Position numbers and translations under genes: made by a program. The notes under the pieces were generated by a model that saw nothing but the letters and a program-made list of their open reading frames with translations, was not told where the DNA came from and did no database searches. From contig JAJFIX010000031.1 in assembly GCA_021774575.1 (NCBI GenBank), forward strand, positions 28,264 through 92,263: DNA of 64,000 bases, read 5' to 3'. The DNA comes from Alphaproteobacteria bacterium (GTDB taxonomy: Bacteria > Pseudomonadota > Alphaproteobacteria > UBA6615). Position 1 is the stretch's first letter; each line of letters opens with the position of its first letter. Shown piece by piece: positions 44,873 through 55,665 of the stretch.

Positions 44873-46219
44873 TTGGCAAAGGACTTATATCCGACTGATA
44901 GACCGACCGGAGGCAAGACCGGCCGCGCAGCTGTTGTGCGACCATGGTGGCGGGCTGGGGCCAGACGAGGGACCCGTAGTGATGCCGAGACCGGCCTTGA
45001 GGAAGGCGTCGGCTTGGCTAGAGCGATATCGCTTAATGTCGTCCATCATGAAGTCGTTGCGATTAGTAAGACGCGACCGGCAACCTTGCTCGGCGGCGGT
45101 GCAGTCTCCGCCCTCGGTACTACGTTAAACGCCTTGGACGTAGATTTAGTCGTAGTTGATGGCTCTCTCACACCTATCCAGCAGCGCAATTTGGAACGGG
45201 CCTGGGACAGAAAAGTCATTGACCGCACTGGTTTGATTTTAGAAATCTTTGGCGCCCGAGCCCGGACCCGCGAGGGACAGCTACAGGTCGAATTGGCGGC
45301 GCTAACTTATCAACGCAGTCGACTTGTCCGGTCTTGGACCCATTTGGAGCGTCAGCGCGGTGCGCTAGGTTTTGTTGGCGGGCCTGGCGAAAGCCAGCTT
45401 GAAATTGATCGACGCCTGATTGGTGAGCGGATCGGTAAGCTGCAACGGCGATTAGCCCAAGTTCGACGTACCCGAACTTTGCACCGTGCCGCACGGGCCA
45501 GAGTTCCGTTCCCGGTGGTGGCGCTGGTTGGGTATACCAATGCTGGCAAATCGACCCTATTCAACCGAATAACTCAGGCAGAAACGTTCGCTCACGACCA
45601 ACTATTCGCTACCCTGGATCCGACCATGCGGGGGCTGACCCTAAAAACCGGACGCAAAATTATTTTGTCGGATACTGTCGGCTTTATCTCGGACCTGCCG
45701 ACCGATTTGGTCGAAGCTTTTAGCGCGACTCTCGAAGAAGTCGCTGGCGCAGATTTGATTTTGCATGTGCGTGATATCTCGCATCCCGAAAGTGACCGCC
45801 AAAAAAGGGACGTTGAAACAATTCTGTCCGATCTGCATTCGGTAAATGGAGACGATGAAGAGGCGAAATTTCCGCGAGCCTTGGAAGCACGAAATAAAAT
45901 TGACTGCCTTGAACCCGAAATTCGGGCTGAATTCATCCGAGCCGCTGCGCAAAACCCGTCTGCGGTTGCCGTCTCGGCTGCAAACGGGGAGGGGGTCGAT
46001 GAACTGCTGGCGGCAATTGATGCCCGCCTAGCTGAAAACCAGCTTGAGGTCAGTGTCGACGTTGAAATTTCCGATGGCGCCAATATAGCCTGGCTTTATC
46101 GCTCAGGCACTGTGTTGGAACGCCATGACGACGATGCAGCAGCGCATTTGAAGGTGCGCCTAGATCCGGCCGATTTTGAACGGATGTCTTTACGCAACGG
46201 TATTACCATCCAGGCATAA
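44873..46219 (+). CDS. hflX: GTPase HflX
   Basis: G-domain motifs (GYTNAGKST, DTVGF). Immediately follows hfq. Confidence 0.9.
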   Translation: MAKDLYPTDRPTGGKTGRAAVVRPWWRAGARRGTRSDAETGLEEGVGLARAISLNVVHHEVVAISKTRPATLLGGGAVSALGTTLNALDVDLVVVDGSLTPIQQRNLERAWDRKVIDRTGLILEIFGARARTREGQLQVELAALTYQRSRLVRSWTHLERQRGALGFVGGPGESQLEIDRRLIGERIGKLQRRLAQVRRTRTLHRAARARVPFPVVALVGYTNAGKSTLFNRITQAETFAHDQLFATLDPTMRGLTLKTGRKIILSDTVGFISDLPTDLVEAFSATLEEVAGADLILHVRDISHPESDRQKRDVETILSDLHSVNGDDEEAKFPRALEARNKIDCLEPEIRAEFIRAAAQNPSAVAVSAANGEGVDELLAAIDARLAENQLEVSVDVEISDGANIAWLYRSGTVLERHDDDAAAHLKVRLDPADFERMSLRNGITIQA

Positions 46220-46223
46220 AAAT

Positions 46224-46255
46224 GGCCGCCCCAGGGAAGGGGCGGCCTTGGATAT
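46224..46255. terminator. Bidirectional rho-independent terminator between convergent hflX and icd
   Basis: GGCCGCCCC-agggaa-GGGGCGGCC hairpin, with T-rich runs on both strands (TTGGATATTTGG on the plus strand, ATTTTTAT on the minus strand). Confidence 0.75.
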
Positions 46256-46259
46256 TTGG

Positions 46260-47474
46260 TTATCCAATCGCTTTTTGTAAATTTTTATCGATGGCGTCAA
46301 AAAAGGCGCCTGTCGTCAACCATTGCTGATCAGGCCCGATCAAGAGTGCCAAATCCTTGGTCATCTGACCGCTCTCGACGGTATCGATGCAGACTTGCTC
46401 CAAGGTCTCGGCGAACTTCACAACATCGGGTGTTTCATCGAATAGTCCGCGATATTTAAGCCCCCGTGTCCAAGCAAAGATCGAGGCAATTGGATTGGTC
46501 GATGTGTCGTTACCCTTCTGGTGTTGTCGGTAATGGCGGGTAACCGTGCCGTGCGCTGCCTCGGCTTCGATGGTTTTGCCGTCGGGGGTCATCAACACCG
46601 ACGTCATCAGACCAAGGGAGCCAAAGCCCTGGGCGACGGTATCCGACTGGACATCGCCATCGTAGTTCTTGCACGCCCAAAGGAAATCGCCGTCCCATTT
46701 TAGGGCCGACGCGACCATATCGTCGATCAAACGATGCTCGTAAATCAGGCCCTTCGCCTTGAATTGGTCGGCGAAATTTTTGTCAAACTCGTCCTGGAAT
46801 ATTTCCATAAAACGACCATCATACTGCTTGAGGATGGTGTTCTTGGTTGACATATAAACCGGATAGCCACGCTCCAAGCCATAGTTGAAACAGGCACTGG
46901 CAAAGCCACGAATGGAATCGTCAAGATTATACATAGACATCGCAACGCCGGAGCTCGGGAAGTCGAAGACTTCGCGCTCGATCGTTTCTCCACCGTCTTC
47001 GGGGGTGAACTTCACGGTAAGTTTGCCCGGGCCCGGGACTTTAAAGTCAGTGGCGCGATACTGATCGCCGAAGGCATGACGGCCGATGACGATCGGTTTT
47101 GTCCAGCCAGGAACCAAGCGGGGGACATTTTTCATAATAATCGGCTCGCGGAAAACAGTGCCGCCGATAATATTACGGATGGTGCCGTTCGGTGACCGCC
47201 ACATTTCCTTCAGGCCAAACTCCTCGACCCGAGCCTCATCAGGGGTGATGGTGGCGCACTTGACGCCGACACCATGTTCTTTGATTGCATTGGCTGAATC
47301 AATAGTGACCTGATCGTTGGTCGCATCCCGATGCTCAACGCCGAGATCATAATAGAGCAGTTCCACATCCAAATAACGTTGGATAAGGCGTTCCCTGATC
47401 CACTGCCAGATAATCCGGGTCATCTCGTCGCCATCGATTTCGACGAGTGGGGTAATCACCTTAATCTTGCTCAT
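46260..47474 (-). CDS. icd: NADP-dependent isocitrate dehydrogenase (dimeric, eukaryote-like subfamily)
   Basis: 404 aa ([23 protein letters not shown]…, …NYDGDVQSD…). Confidence 0.95.
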   Translation of the reverse strand: MSKIKVITPLVEIDGDEMTRIIWQWIRERLIQRYLDVELLYYDLGVEHRDATNDQVTIDSANAIKEHGVGVKCATITPDEARVEEFGLKEMWRSPNGTIRNIIGGTVFREPIIMKNVPRLVPGWTKPIVIGRHAFGDQYRATDFKVPGPGKLTVKFTPEDGGETIEREVFDFPSSGVAMSMYNLDDSIRGFASACFNYGLERGYPVYMSTKNTILKQYDGRFMEIFQDEFDKNFADQFKAKGLIYEHRLIDDMVASALKWDGDFLWACKNYDGDVQSDTVAQGFGSLGLMTSVLMTPDGKTIEAEAAHGTVTRHYRQHQKGNDTSTNPIASIFAWTRGLKYRGLFDETPDVVKFAETLEQVCIDTVESGQMTKDLALLIGPDQQWLTTGAFFDAIDKNLQKAIG

Positions 47475-47639
47475 AAAACTGTCTCCATTTTCTAAAAGCG
47501 CGGAGGCGCATTTTCACGACCCTTTGGTCTGCGGGTGAAATTTGCGCGCACTCTAGGCGCGGGCAGGCCAAGTCGCAAGCCCGTAGCGGAACTGTGATAG
47601 TTGCTGTTCATCTTTGCCTGAAAAACGCATTTGTTCGAA

Positions 47640-48224
47640 TTAAAGTTTTTCCGCTTCAACTGCCAGTTTGGCATCGGGTAATGCGTCGAGAGTGGTAAAG
47701 AGATCGTCGATTGTATCGACAAAATTAACCAGCTTCCTGGCCTTAGGGGCGGCATAATTGCTGTCAATAATATGGTCGATCAGCTTCTTTGCCGGCGTCC
47801 AATAGCCGTCCTGGTCCAAAATAAGTATTGGTTTGTCGTGCAAGCCAAGCTGGCGCCAAGTCAGTATTTCAAATGTTTCGTCCATCGTGCCGAGGCCGCC
47901 GGGCAAAACGGCGAAGGCATCGGATAATTCCGCCATGCGGGATTTACGTTCATGCATACTGTCAACGATTTCCAAGCGCGTTGCCTCGAAGTAGCCGACT
48001 TCAAGTTCGTCGAGAAACTTTGGAATGATCCCAATTACTTCACCGCCGGCGGCAAGCACGGCGTCGGCGAGAATGCCCATCAGGCCGACGCGGCCGCCGC
48101 CATATACCAGCTGGATATTATTTTCCGCCATTCGGCGCCCGAGTTCGACTGCGGCGGCAGCGTGGCTCGCCGGACCCTTTGCCGAAGAGCCGCAATAGAC
48201 GCAAATAGATTTTACTGTAGCCAT
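47640..48224 (-). CDS. LOG-family protein (putative cytokinin riboside 5'-monophosphate phosphoribohydrolase / TIGR00730)
   Basis: 194 aa (…ICVYCGSS…, …VYGGGRVGLMG…, PGGLGTMDE). Confidence 0.85.
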   Translation of the reverse strand: MATVKSICVYCGSSAKGPASHAAAAVELGRRMAENNIQLVYGGGRVGLMGILADAVLAAGGEVIGIIPKFLDELEVGYFEATRLEIVDSMHERKSRMAELSDAFAVLPGGLGTMDETFEILTWRQLGLHDKPILILDQDGYWTPAKKLIDHIIDSNYAAPKARKLVNFVDTIDDLFTTLDALPDAKLAVEAEKL

Positions 48225-48364
48225 GATTTATTTTCAGACGATTGTTCGTGGAGTGTAGTTGGACCGCGTCGGCCCAAATGGGGAGAGTGCTTTCCAATCA
48301 CGCTTGTTTGCCAGTATATGACCCGAACATAACGTAAAAACCAACGAATAATGAGCGCCGATAT

Positions 48365-48988
48365 ATGTTTGATAAAGCCGCACGCAAGATAATCGACCCA
48401 CCGCTAAATATGGTCGGCCGGTTTTTGGCTGGGGCCGGGGTCAGCGCCGATTTAGTTACGGCGTGCGGCTTTGCTGTTGGTTTGGCTGCCTTGCCGTTAA
48501 TTGCGGCTCAGCTCTATGGTTGGGGGTTGGCAGCGATTTTGGCCAACCGCGTATTTGACGGAATCGACGGCGCCGTAGCCCGACATAGCCAAGTCACTGA
48601 CTTTGGCGGTTATCTCGATATTGTGTGTGACTTCATATTTTATGCTGCCGTTCCTGTTGGCTTTGCCTTGGCGGTGCCGGATGTGAATGCGCTTGCGGCA
48701 ATCGTCTTGGTTTTTAGCTTCGTCGGGACAGGCTCGAGTTTTCTTGGGTTTGCTATTGTTGCCGCCAAACGAGGTATCGGCACCCGGGTTCGTGGGCCGA
48801 AATCCTTTTTTTATCTCGGGGGCCTGACCGAGGGCAGTGAGACTATTGCCTTCTTTGTCGCCATTTGCCTTTGGCCAGGGGCGTTTGTCCCGCTGGCCTT
48901 GGTTTTTTCAGGCTTTGCCTGGATTACCGTCATTTCCCGCATCGCCATGGCTTGGTCGACTTTTGGCAGCGAAAATGATGAGCACTAA
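48365..48988 (+). CDS. CDP-alcohol phosphatidyltransferase family protein
   Basis: 207 aa membrane protein carrying the D-G-x2-A-R…G-x3-D-x3-D motif (DGIDGAVARHSQVTDFGGYLDIVCD). Confidence 0.75.
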   Translation: MFDKAARKIIDPPLNMVGRFLAGAGVSADLVTACGFAVGLAALPLIAAQLYGWGLAAILANRVFDGIDGAVARHSQVTDFGGYLDIVCDFIFYAAVPVGFALAVPDVNALAAIVLVFSFVGTGSSFLGFAIVAAKRGIGTRVRGPKSFFYLGGLTEGSETIAFFVAICLWPGAFVPLALVFSGFAWITVISRIAMAWSTFGSENDEH

Positions 48989-49000
48989 ACCGGACGCGCC

Positions 49001-52000
49001 TTAAAACGGCTGTACGATATCCGTCGGCTGATCTTTATTGGCCCGCCGTTGTTGAAAATTGGCCCGAATCATGAGGGCGCTCGGCGTCACGATAAGCGTC
49101 AGCACCGTGGCAAATGTTAGACCGGAAACAATAGCGGTCGACAATTGGACCCACCATTGGGTTGAAGGGGCTCCCTGACTAATTGTCCGACCGATGAAGT
49201 CGATATTAATCTGCAGGACCATCGGCATCAGGCCCAAAATGGTGGTGACAGTGGTCAACATGACCGGCCGTAGGCGCTGAGCGCCGGTCCGCAATATCGC
49301 CTCTTTTTGATCGCTAATGGTAAGTTTTAGCCGGTCAAATGTGTCGATCAAGACGATATTGTTATTGACGACAATTCCGGCAAGGGCGATCACGCCGACA
49401 CCACTCATCACAATGCCGAAGGGTTGGCCGATGACAAGTAGGCCCAGCATTACACCCACCGTCGACATGATGACTGCCGAAAGGATCAGCATCGCGCTAT
49501 AAAAGCTGTTGAACTGGGTGACCAAAATAACCGCCATAAGAAACAGCGCGACGAGAAAAGCCTTTTGCAGGAAGGCCTGTGCATTTGCCTGGTCCTCATT
49601 CTCACCCTTGAAGGTGATCGAGACGTCTTCGGTCTCCAAGCCGGCTGCTTCGACCCAGGCCTCTATCTCTTTAACCTTATCGTCGACCAGGACGCCCGGC
49701 GAGACATCGGCTTTCACCGTGATAACCGGTTTGCCGCCGACACGGGTTATTGTGCCGACCCGGGGCACCGGGATGCGCGTCACGAAATTGCTGATCGGAA
49801 CGAGACCCGATGCCGTTGCAACCCGTACCTGATCGATTTGAGTCAAATTTCGGTATTCCTCAGGAAACCGGGCCACAATATCAACCTCGTCATCGGCGCC
49901 ATCTGGCCGATACTCGGTGACTTCAAGTCCGTTGGTGACAAAACGAATAGCCTGTCCGACGATTGCCACATCGGCCCCAAATTTCGATGCTTGAGCGCGG
50001 TCAACATCGATCTGCCATTCAATTCCCGGCATCGGACGGCTGTCTTCCACGTCTCTGAGGTCTTCGAGAGTATCCATATAGGCCCGAAGCTCGGCGACGA
50101 CGGGAGGGATATTATCCAAGCTATCTGACGCCAACTCAATGACGATTGGCTTGCCTCCGCCGGGACCTTGCTGCTGTTTGCGGATCTCAATATGGATCCC
50201 TGGAATGTCATGGGTCCGGGCAAGGATATCTTCGATAATTTCATCGGCTGAGCGTCGGTATTGCCATTCGACAAATTCCATTGAAATATTACCGATCACG
50301 TCCTCGGCAATATCGGCCCCGCCACTGATATTTCCCGCGATGGTGTAGATCGACTGTATTTCACCGCCTTCATTTTGTAGTGCGAGAATTTCTTGCTCGA
50401 CGCGCATGACGATGGTCGCTTTTTCGTCAACCGACAGATTTCCCCTGGCGTGGATCTGAATTGCCGCCTGATCCGGTTCGATGTCGGGAAAAAATTCGAC
50501 ACCATTCCCGAGCATAAAATAGGCTGCCCAAGATCCGACAAGGGCCAGTCCGGCGCTGGCGAGAATTAGCGCAGGGCGCCGAAGTGCTAACTCAAGTATG
50601 CGAACATACACACCTGTGCCGCCGCCCAACGTGGCCGGGTCAAACTCGCCGTCACCAGCAAGAGCTTGCGCCTGCTCGGAAATTTCCGAGCCGCCGCCCG
50701 AAAGTGACTTTTCTGCACGGCGGCCGAGCGGCAGCCCTAGTTTGGCAGCAAAAAAGGCGCCAATCCCCGCAATAAGAATAATTGGCAATATCGTGAGTGG
50801 TCCGGTTGTTAAGCCCAACACTTTGTGTAAAAGCGTCGAGGCAATTCCTGCTGAGATCGCGGCTCCGCCAATAACCACGGCCAGGGAAATAACCAATCTT
50901 GCCAATGCCGCCAGATTGGCCCCGACCACCGGGACAAATAACAAGGCCATGGCCAATGAAGCCACGAGAACCGCGATGAGGGTAAGGGGCAAGAATTTCA
51001 TAAACTCGCCGATCAAGTCAGGCCAAAACAACAATGGCAGGAATGCCGCCAAGGTCGTCGCGGTCGACGCGATAATTGGCCAGGCCATACGCTTTGCGGC
51101 AAGGGTGTAGGCGGTCGACGGGGGATTGCCCTCACTCAGCTTTCTGTCCGCATATTCATTCACCACGATGGCGCCGTCGACCAACATGCCGACAGATAAA
51201 ATCAAGGCAAACAGAACAACTACATTAACCGTGAGGCCGAGCAAGGATAGGACGAGAATTGCCGTCAAAAACGACCCAGGGATGGCCAGCGCTACGAGGA
51301 GACCGCCACGCACGCCAAGGGCGGCAACAATGACGATTAGGATCAGCAATATCGCGCTCAAAATATTGTTTTGCAGATCCGAAAGCATGATCCGGATATC
51401 GTCCGACTGATCTTGGCTGAAGGTGACATCGACCCCGGATGGCCATTCGGCGCTTTCTGCCTCGACGAGGGTTCGTACGGATTCGGTCGCATCGATGATA
51501 TTCGCCCCCGTGCGCTTGATGATATCGAGAGAAACAGCCGCATGTCCATTTATGCGCGCATAATTTTGCCGTTCTTCAAATCCCAATCTAATTGTCGCCA
51601 AATCCCCGACGGTTATAACGGCGTCGCCGCGGGTAGCGATTGGCTGACTATATAGGTCTTGGGAATCCTCATATAGCCCCGGCACCTTTACCGGAAAACT
51701 GCCGTTTGCCGCGGTCATATTGCCGGCGGCCACAAGCCGGTTCGAACGTGAAATCCCTTGAATGAGTGCATTCGTGTCGAGTTCGTAAACCTCGAGCAGG
51801 CTCGGGTCGATAATCAGCTCGAGCTGCTCTTCACGATTTCCCCCGATATTGACCTGAAGGATTTCATCGGGAAAAGTGCTTTCAATTTCCTCCTGCAGAT
51901 CGTCGGCGAGACGCTGCAATGTGCGTTGGGGGACATCGCCAGAAAGAGTAACGACAAGCACCGGAAATAGGGAAAGGTTGACCTCTTGTACTGTCGGTTC

Positions 52001-52372
52001 GTTGGCGTCTTCGGGCAATTCATCGCGGGCTAGTTCGACAGCCTCCAAAACATCTGTGCGGGCCTTGTCTGCATTGAACCCGGCAGTGAATTCCAACGTG
52101 ACATTGGCGCCACCTTGATAAGCGGTCGAGGTTATCTCTTTAACGCCCTCGATACCGGTGAGTTCGGCTTCAATGGGGCGCGCCAATAATCGTTCGGCAT
52201 CTTCGGGAGAAATACCCTGATGGCCGAGAGAAACATAAATTATCGGAATGCTGATATCGGGGTTTGCTTCTTTGGGAATGCTTAAAAAAGCAGACGTTCC
52301 AGCAATTAACAACATCACAAGTAACGCTATAAAAGTCCTCGCCCGGTTTTGGGCGGCGTCAATGAGGCTCAT
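49001..52372 (-). CDS. RND-family multidrug efflux transporter permease subunit (AcrB-like)
   Basis: 1123 aa with twelve-TM RND architecture and two large periplasmic domains. Operonic with the adaptor subunit. Confidence 0.9.
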   Translation of the reverse strand: MSLIDAAQNRARTFIALLVMLLIAGTSAFLSIPKEANPDISIPIIYVSLGHQGISPEDAERLLARPIEAELTGIEGVKEITSTAYQGGANVTLEFTAGFNADKARTDVLEAVELARDELPEDANEPTVQEVNLSLFPVLVVTLSGDVPQRTLQRLADDLQEEIESTFPDEILQVNIGGNREEQLELIIDPSLLEVYELDTNALIQGISRSNRLVAAGNMTAANGSFPVKVPGLYEDSQDLYSQPIATRGDAVITVGDLATIRLGFEERQNYARINGHAAVSLDIIKRTGANIIDATESVRTLVEAESAEWPSGVDVTFSQDQSDDIRIMLSDLQNNILSAILLILIVIVAALGVRGGLLVALAIPGSFLTAILVLSLLGLTVNVVVLFALILSVGMLVDGAIVVNEYADRKLSEGNPPSTAYTLAAKRMAWPIIASTATTLAAFLPLLFWPDLIGEFMKFLPLTLIAVLVASLAMALLFVPVVGANLAALARLVISLAVVIGGAAISAGIASTLLHKVLGLTTGPLTILPIILIAGIGAFFAAKLGLPLGRRAEKSLSGGGSEISEQAQALAGDGEFDPATLGGGTGVYVRILELALRRPALILASAGLALVGSWAAYFMLGNGVEFFPDIEPDQAAIQIHARGNLSVDEKATIVMRVEQEILALQNEGGEIQSIYTIAGNISGGADIAEDVIGNISMEFVEWQYRRSADEIIEDILARTHDIPGIHIEIRKQQQGPGGGKPIVIELASDSLDNIPPVVAELRAYMDTLEDLRDVEDSRPMPGIEWQIDVDRAQASKFGADVAIVGQAIRFVTNGLEVTEYRPDGADDEVDIVARFPEEYRNLTQIDQVRVATASGLVPISNFVTRIPVPRVGTITRVGGKPVITVKADVSPGVLVDDKVKEIEAWVEAAGLETEDVSITFKGENEDQANAQAFLQKAFLVALFLMAVILVTQFNSFYSAMLILSAVIMSTVGVMLGLLVIGQPFGIVMSGVGVIALAGIVVNNNIVLIDTFDRLKLTISDQKEAILRTGAQRLRPVMLTTVTTILGLMPMVLQINIDFIGRTISQGAPSTQWWVQLSTAIVSGLTFATVLTLIVTPSALMIRANFQQRRANKDQPTDIVQPF

Positions 52373-53574
52373 GGTTGCGGCTCCTCATCGAGCTCAGCAA
52401 TGCTCTCGTCTTGAGCAATCAATGGCACCGTTTCCCCAGAGGTGACATCGGCCGCTGCGAGGTCTACGGCAACGACCTGCTCTCCGACGACAACGAATTC
52501 CTGGCCACCAACAATAACCTGTGCCGTTTCGGGCAGGCCGTCGACCCACATACCTTCAATCGTTTCCTCAAGAATTCGAATTTCGTGAAATTCCACCAGG
52601 GCATCATTGTTAACCGTCTTGACCCCGATCTTTCCCAATTCAGATAGGGATAGCGCCGAAGGTGGTATCAGGTGCGCGACACTTTGGCCCGCATCAACAA
52701 GAATACGGGCGGTCAAACCGGCGCGAATTGCATAATTGGGATTAGCCACCTCGACCTCGAAACGATAGGTGCGAGTGGTCGTGTCTGCTTGGGCTGCAAT
52801 ATAAGTGACGGTACCGGTTATAATGGTGCCGTCGGAAAGTTCCGCTCCGCCGAGCCCGTTGAGTGATAAACGCGAAACTTCTTCTTCAGTCGCGTTGCCG
52901 ACGATCAGGATAGGGTCGAGGTCAAGCAATGTGCCGACGGGGTTTCCCGACTTGACGTAATCACCGACTTCCAAATGTCCGCTATGGATCATGCCCGAGT
53001 AGGGCGCACGAATATTGGTCCGCTCGATATCAGTCGAGCGTTGTTCGACGATGGCCCGCGCCGCATCGAGTTGGGCCTGGGCCCCGGCATGTTGAGTGGT
53101 TGAACGAAAACCTTCTTCGACCAAGCTCGCCGAGGCGCTGTATTCAATTTGTCGTTGCCTGAGCAACGCTTGAGCTTCGGAAAGTTTGGCCTCTCGATCA
53201 TAGAGCGCTATTTTGGCAATGACATCGCCTTCGGTGACTTCTTCACCCCGATAAGTGTTGAGTTCTAGTATTCGCCCCTCGGTTTCGGCCCGAATTTCCA
53301 CAGTACGGTAGGGCTCGGTACGCCCATTAACTACAATCTTGCTTGTTCGCTGAGCAGCTTGTGAATTTATCACCCGAACAGCAAACAAGTCTGCGGAGGC
53401 TTGCTCTGTCGTCGGTGCTTGATCGTCCGGCGATGTCGGGACATCCGCCGAACCGACAAAACCCGATCCGACCCATAAGATTGCGCCGACAGCGAGGGCG
53501 ACTGAGACCAAAACGGCCGGCTTACGGCGTAGGAATTCAGTTAGCCGAAATTTGGTTTTTGATTGCTCGGACAT
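52369..53574 (-). CDS. RND efflux periplasmic adaptor subunit (membrane fusion protein)
   Basis: 401 aa with an N-terminal anchor, coiled coil, and lipoyl/beta-barrel domains. It overlaps the RND permease start by 4 nt. Confidence 0.85.
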   Translation of the reverse strand: MSEQSKTKFRLTEFLRRKPAVLVSVALAVGAILWVGSGFVGSADVPTSPDDQAPTTEQASADLFAVRVINSQAAQRTSKIVVNGRTEPYRTVEIRAETEGRILELNTYRGEEVTEGDVIAKIALYDREAKLSEAQALLRQRQIEYSASASLVEEGFRSTTQHAGAQAQLDAARAIVEQRSTDIERTNIRAPYSGMIHSGHLEVGDYVKSGNPVGTLLDLDPILIVGNATEEEVSRLSLNGLGGAELSDGTIITGTVTYIAAQADTTTRTYRFEVEVANPNYAIRAGLTARILVDAGQSVAHLIPPSALSLSELGKIGVKTVNNDALVEFHEIRILEETIEGMWVDGLPETAQVIVGGQEFVVVGEQVVAVDLAAADVTSGETVPLIAQDESIAELDEEPQP

Positions 53575-53586
53575 TTAAATCACCTC

Positions 53587-54147
53587 CTAATCGGCTGCGG
53601 CGGCAGAAACCGCATGATCCAATTTGCGGTCTGCGGCAACGAGCTTGTCACCGTTTTCCAAAATATAGGCGCGCATCGCGCGATAAATTGCGAGACCAAA
53701 GCCTGAGACGAATGCCTCCCTTGGCCCCATTTCCTCAGTGCCATGGTCGCAATTTTCAAGTCGGTCTATATTTGCCCCTAAATCGGCAACCCGTCTGTCG
53801 ATCATGGTTTGTGTCGACGTCGGTCCCAACAACTGGGAATATAGGGCTTTAAACAAAAAATCGCAGGTGACCTTATCGCCTGGTGTCTCTTTAGCGAATG
53901 CGTCTAACAATGCGCCCCGGCCTTTACTGGTAATTGCATAAACCTTTTTTCCCGGCCGACCTGCTTGCGGGAAATTGGTAACAGACACCAACTCGTCTTC
54001 CAATGCCCGGGTTAGCGCGGGATAAATCGACCCAAAGCTAACATCCTGAAAATATGAGAAAGGCCCTTCCTCGAACGCGCCCTTGATTTCATACCCGGTT
54101 GCGTCGCCTTGACTGAGGACGGCTAAGCATATGATTTTAGTATCCAT
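53587..54147 (-). CDS. PadR-family transcriptional regulator
   Basis: 186 aa (…AVLSQGDATGYEI…, …SFGSIYPALTRLE…-like winged helix). It lies upstream of the RND pair. Confidence 0.85.
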   Translation of the reverse strand: MDTKIICLAVLSQGDATGYEIKGAFEEGPFSYFQDVSFGSIYPALTRALEDELVSVTNFPQAGRPGKKVYAITSKGRGALLDAFAKETPGDKVTCDFLFKALYSQLLGPTSTQTMIDRRVADLGANIDRLENCDHGTEEMGPREAFVSGFGLAIYRAMRAYILENGDKLVAADRKLDHAVSAAAAD

Positions 54148-54209
54148 TTAGTGCCCATCCCGTTCCAAAGGTCGCAGTCGTCACCAGTTGAACTTTCATT
54201 AATTTACCC

Positions 54210-54228
54210 ATATATCGGCTCGATATAT
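54210..54228. promoter_or_regulatory. AT-rich inverted repeat ATATATCG-gct-CGATATAT, a candidate PadR operator
   Basis: Perfect 8-bp arms about 60 bp upstream of the padR start, in the divergent padR/TRAP intergenic region. Confidence 0.4.
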
Positions 54229-54473
54229 GCTCGGTTTATATATAGGCGCTCAGCCAAGGGTCAACATTTAGCTTGGGTAGTCGTCGCAAATAGTAATGAT
54301 ACGTATACGTTGACAAGGATATGGGGCGCCTACAGCCGGTCATAAATCATCGATTTACCTCTTGTGATGTTTTGGGTTAATTTGGCGAATAGTTGGCGAC
54401 ATGAACTAATTTTGCCAATTGCCGAACATGGCGGCAGGAGCCGACGTGTACATATAAGGGAGGATTATTTGTT

Positions 54474-55535
54474 ATGAAAATTTACTCTGCTGTTGCCGCG
54501 GGTACGCTCGCTGCGGCTATGGCCCTGGTCAGCGCGCCAGCGTATGCTCAGGGGCAAAGCCTGATTGCCTCGACCAGCCATCCGCTGGGATTGCCCTGGG
54601 TCGGAACTATCCAAGACTTTTTCATTCCTGAGGTGAACAGCCGGCTGGAAGCCGCTGGCCTTGATCCGATCAGCTGGAATGCCCAATTCCCCTTGCCGGG
54701 TTTGCCACCGACCGGCGTTCTCGAGACTTTGGAAGATGGAACGAATCATTTGTCCTGGGTGGGCACGCTATTTGAACCGCAAAAGATGGGACTTTTGAAC
54801 GTTGCATTTAATGCGCCTTTCGTCACCGACAATACTCTCGATCAACTCGAGGTGTTTAATAGCCTCTATGACCAGTTCCCCGAAATGGGCGCGGTTTGGG
54901 AAGCCAATGGCGCTGTGTTTCTTGGAGCGCAGGCGACGGCATCTTATGAATTGATCACCAATTTTCCGGTCAATTCGATGAACGATTTGGACGGACGCAA
55001 CATCATGTCACCGGGGCCGCAGGCCCAATGGTTGCGTGGCACCGGCGCGGTAATCGCCGACGGTAGTTTGCCCGAGGCCTTCAACTTGCTGCAGACCGGT
55101 GTTGTCGACGGTGTCATTCTGCCTGTGACCAATGCCTTTGCCTTCAAGTTATTTGAAGTTGGGGAGTTTTTGACGCTGATTAATATTGGTGCGCAAACCA
55201 CCGGTGGCTTGGCCATGGGCAAAGAGACATTCGATAGCCTGACACCTGCGGCGCAGGATATTATGCGCGAGGTCGGTCGGGAATGGTCTGGCGTCCATGG
55301 GGCAGTTGTAACCCAGCGTCAGCAAGGAGCACTGGCAAATTGGGAGGCCAACGGCGGTACCGTTACGCGGATTGGCACCGGCGCAAAGGCGGCATGGCTG
55401 AATGCATTGCCGGCTCTTGGGACCGAGTGGGTTGGCCGGAATGCTGCAGCCGGACCGTCTGCGGCAATTTTGAACGCTTATCTCGATGGCATGGCCGCTA
55501 AGGGCCATGAGCCGTTGCGCGATTGGCGCCAATAG
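54474..55535 (+). CDS. TRAP-type transporter periplasmic solute-binding protein (family assignment uncertain)
   Basis: 353 aa with a signal peptide (…AAMALVSAPAYAQ). It sits directly upstream of a fused DctQM permease. It does not carry an obvious canonical DctP or TAXI signature that I can recognise by eye. Confidence 0.6.
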   Translation: MKIYSAVAAGTLAAAMALVSAPAYAQGQSLIASTSHPLGLPWVGTIQDFFIPEVNSRLEAAGLDPISWNAQFPLPGLPPTGVLETLEDGTNHLSWVGTLFEPQKMGLLNVAFNAPFVTDNTLDQLEVFNSLYDQFPEMGAVWEANGAVFLGAQATASYELITNFPVNSMNDLDGRNIMSPGPQAQWLRGTGAVIADGSLPEAFNLLQTGVVDGVILPVTNAFAFKLFEVGEFLTLINIGAQTTGGLAMGKETFDSLTPAAQDIMREVGREWSGVHGAVVTQRQQGALANWEANGGTVTRIGTGAKAAWLNALPALGTEWVGRNAAAGPSAAILNAYLDGMAAKGHEPLRDWRQ

Positions 55536-55665
55536 AGCGACGTCATATTGCCACCTTGCCCTTGAGGCTAGGTGGCAACGAATTGCGGCCGATTGGTCGT
55601 GGGATGGGAGGCGCGGTGCGTCTCCCATTGAATTTATAAGAATATCTTTTGGTAGGTCTCTCGAA

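Noticed and set aside
45592-46083. 163-aa minus-strand ORF inside hflX, and similar ORFs antisense to the RND pump (49565-50128, 50598-51110) and pdhB (26592-27065)
   Set aside because: These are antisense to strongly supported genes, carry no recognisable motifs, and are likely frame artefacts.
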